Virus record (IMG/VR): IMGVR_UViG_3300031344_000002 | Span: 154,382 to 218,381 of that record | DNA: 64,000 bases | Direction: 5' to 3' (one strand) | Shown: one piece after another, positions 62,704 through 64,000 of the stretch | Layout: each line of letters starts with the position of its first letter | Position numbering within the stretch: position 1 is the first letter of the stretch | Notes under the pieces: model-generated | Seen by the model: the letters and a program-made list of their open reading frames with translations, nothing else | Databases searched by the model: none | Told to the model about the DNA's origin: nothing | Made by a program: the position numbers and the translations under genes

Positions 62704-63999
62704 TTAATTTCTACTATTCCAAAAATAATCCAATTCTTTTGGTATTTCATTTGGTCTATGATATTTAGCTGCTTCTATACAATCATTAAAACTACTGTCA
62801 GTTGGTATTAAATAATTTTGTCCAGTTGAAGGACATGTCATCTTTAACCAAGCTAATGCTGCAGGACTATTACCATTTAAATCCTCTTCTTCATTAAATA
62901 CTTCTTTAGTCTTATATAATATAAATTCTTCATCACCATGTGCATGTTTAATAGTTTTCCTATCTACTTCAACAGCATCAAGAAATTTCATCATTTCTCC
63001 CTCACCTTTGCTTTCAATTATTTCATAAATACCACCCCTAACGTCTTCATTGGTTTCATTTATAAAATCTGTTTTAATTAATGAATTGTTATTTGCTTTT
63101 TCAAATATCAATTTCGGCATTTGTCTTCCATGAATATAATAACAATCAAACTTTGTTTCTTCAATTGTACATCCCCATTCAACAGCTAAACCATTTGTAT
63201 TATGTAAATTATTGTTATTATCTCTATATATTTTCTTTGGATATTTTGAAACAACACATAATAATTCAGAAAAAATTGCTGAATACACACCAGAATCTAA
63301 ATATAAATCATTCCAAGAATTTAATGTAATTCCAATTTCTCCACAATCAATTTTAAATTCATCTTTAATAAATTTCCACCAAGCCAATGAAACATTAGAA
63401 TAAACATTTGCAGTAAATAAATATGAATTATTATAATTCTTTAGTGTATTGTTTAGTGTATTCTTTAGTGTATTGCGTAGTGTATTGCCTAGTGTATTGC
63501 CTAGTGTATTGCTTAGTGTATTGCGTAGTGTATTGTGTAGTGTATTGTCTAGTGTATTGTCTAGTGTATTGTCTAGTGTATTGCGTAGTGTATTGTATAG
63601 TGTATTGCGTAGTGTATTGAGTAGTGTATTGTATAGTGTATTGAGTAGTGTATTGTATAGTGTATTGCCTAGTGTATTGCCTAGTGTATTGTCTAGTGTA
63701 TTGAGTAGTGTATTGTCTAGTGTATTGCCTAGTGTATTGCCTAGTGTATTGTCTAGTGTATTGTGTAGTGTATTGTCTAGTGTATTGTCTAGTGTATTGA
63801 GTAGTGTATTGTATAGTGTATTGTCTAGTGTATTGAGTAGTGTATTGCGTAGTGTATTGTATAGTGTATTGTCTAGTGTATTGAGTAGTGTATTGTATAG
63901 TGTATTGAGTAGTGTATTGTATAGTGTATTGCCTAGTGTATTGCCTAGTGTATTGTCTAGTGTATTGAGTAGTGTATTGTCTAGTGTATTGCCTAGTGT
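62704..63999 (-). CDS. Tandem-repeat (xNTL)n protein with DUF6745-like C-terminal domain; start outside window
   Basis: Minus frame is open from 63999 through the repeats into NYNNSYLFTANVYSNVSLAWWKF and ORF 62704..63387. Confidence 0.8.
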   Translation of the reverse strand, partial: TLGNTLDNTLLNTLDNTLGNTLGNTLYNTLLNTLYNTLLNTLDNTLYNTLRNTLLNTLDNTLYNTLLNTLDNTLDNTLHNTLDNTLGNTLGNTLDNTLLNTLDNTLGNTLGNTLYNTLLNTLYNTLLNTLRNTLYNTLRNTLDNTLDNTLDNTLHNTLRNTLSNTLGNTLGNTLRNTLKNTLNNTLKNYNNSYLFTANVYSNVSLAWWKFIKDEFKIDCGEIGITLNSWNDLYLDSGVYSAIFSELLCVVSKYPKKIYRDNNNNLHNTNGLAVEWGCTIEETKFDCYYIHGRQMPKLIFEKANNNSLIKTDFINETNEDVRGGIYEIIESKGEGEMMKFLDAVEVDRKTIKHAHGDEEFILYKTKEVFNEEEDLNGNSPAALAWLKMTCPSTGQNYLIPTDSSFNDCIEAAKYHRPNEIPKELDYFWNSRN

Positions 64000-64000
64000 A
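63442..64000. repeat. 12-bp tandem repeat TAGTGTATTGnn, at least 46 units, runs off the window
   Basis: Direct reading; apart from one unit at 63454, only the last two bases of each unit vary. Confidence 0.98.

Noticed and set aside
63423-63620. Plus-strand ORF of YCLV/YCVV repeats
   Set aside because: Antisense shadow of the xNTL repeat gene, whose minus frame is continuous with ORF 62704..63387.
63442-64000. DGR-type adenine mutagenesis (AAC to NNC) as the source of variation
   Set aside because: Adenines in AAT, ACA and CTA are invariant, and whole 120-bp blocks are duplicated; slippage or recombination fits better.

Overview
64 kb of an AT-rich (roughly one quarter GC by eye), very gene-dense genome, best read as the accessory/early region of a large dsDNA phage. 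No structural, rRNA, tRNA or cas genes were recognised. About ten TAnnTTTG boxes upstream of genes suggest a Bacteroidota host. Genes run + from 1 to 36.8 kb and - from 36.9 to 64 kb, with a + island at 52.6-55.3 kb and a + tnpB. Recognisable products: Dda/RecD-like helicase, NADAR, macrodomain, two Nudix hydrolases, peptide deformylase with a SEC-C tail, NDT-like, UDG-like, AAA+ ATPase, two GIY-YIG endonucleases, ParB-like, DUF262-like, rIIA/rIIB, a stand-alone GGDEF protein, radical SAM, GNAT, TnpB and an xNTL tandem-repeat protein. Most other ORFs are short hypotheticals. The strongest signal is a perfect array of 4 x 36-bp repeats and 3 x 30-bp spacers (726-959) whose first repeat is the in-frame C-terminal coding sequence of the upstream gene. 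A degenerate paralogous locus 52 kb away keeps the same repeat-30 bp-repeat geometry after losing most of the gene. Together they suggest a gene-fused CRISPR-like system. Other leads: a 33-bp element at both convergent strand junctions, an orphan TnpB right end, attC-like arms around a GC-richer ORF, and two candidate structured ncRNAs. All family calls are from motif recognition by eye; no searches were run.
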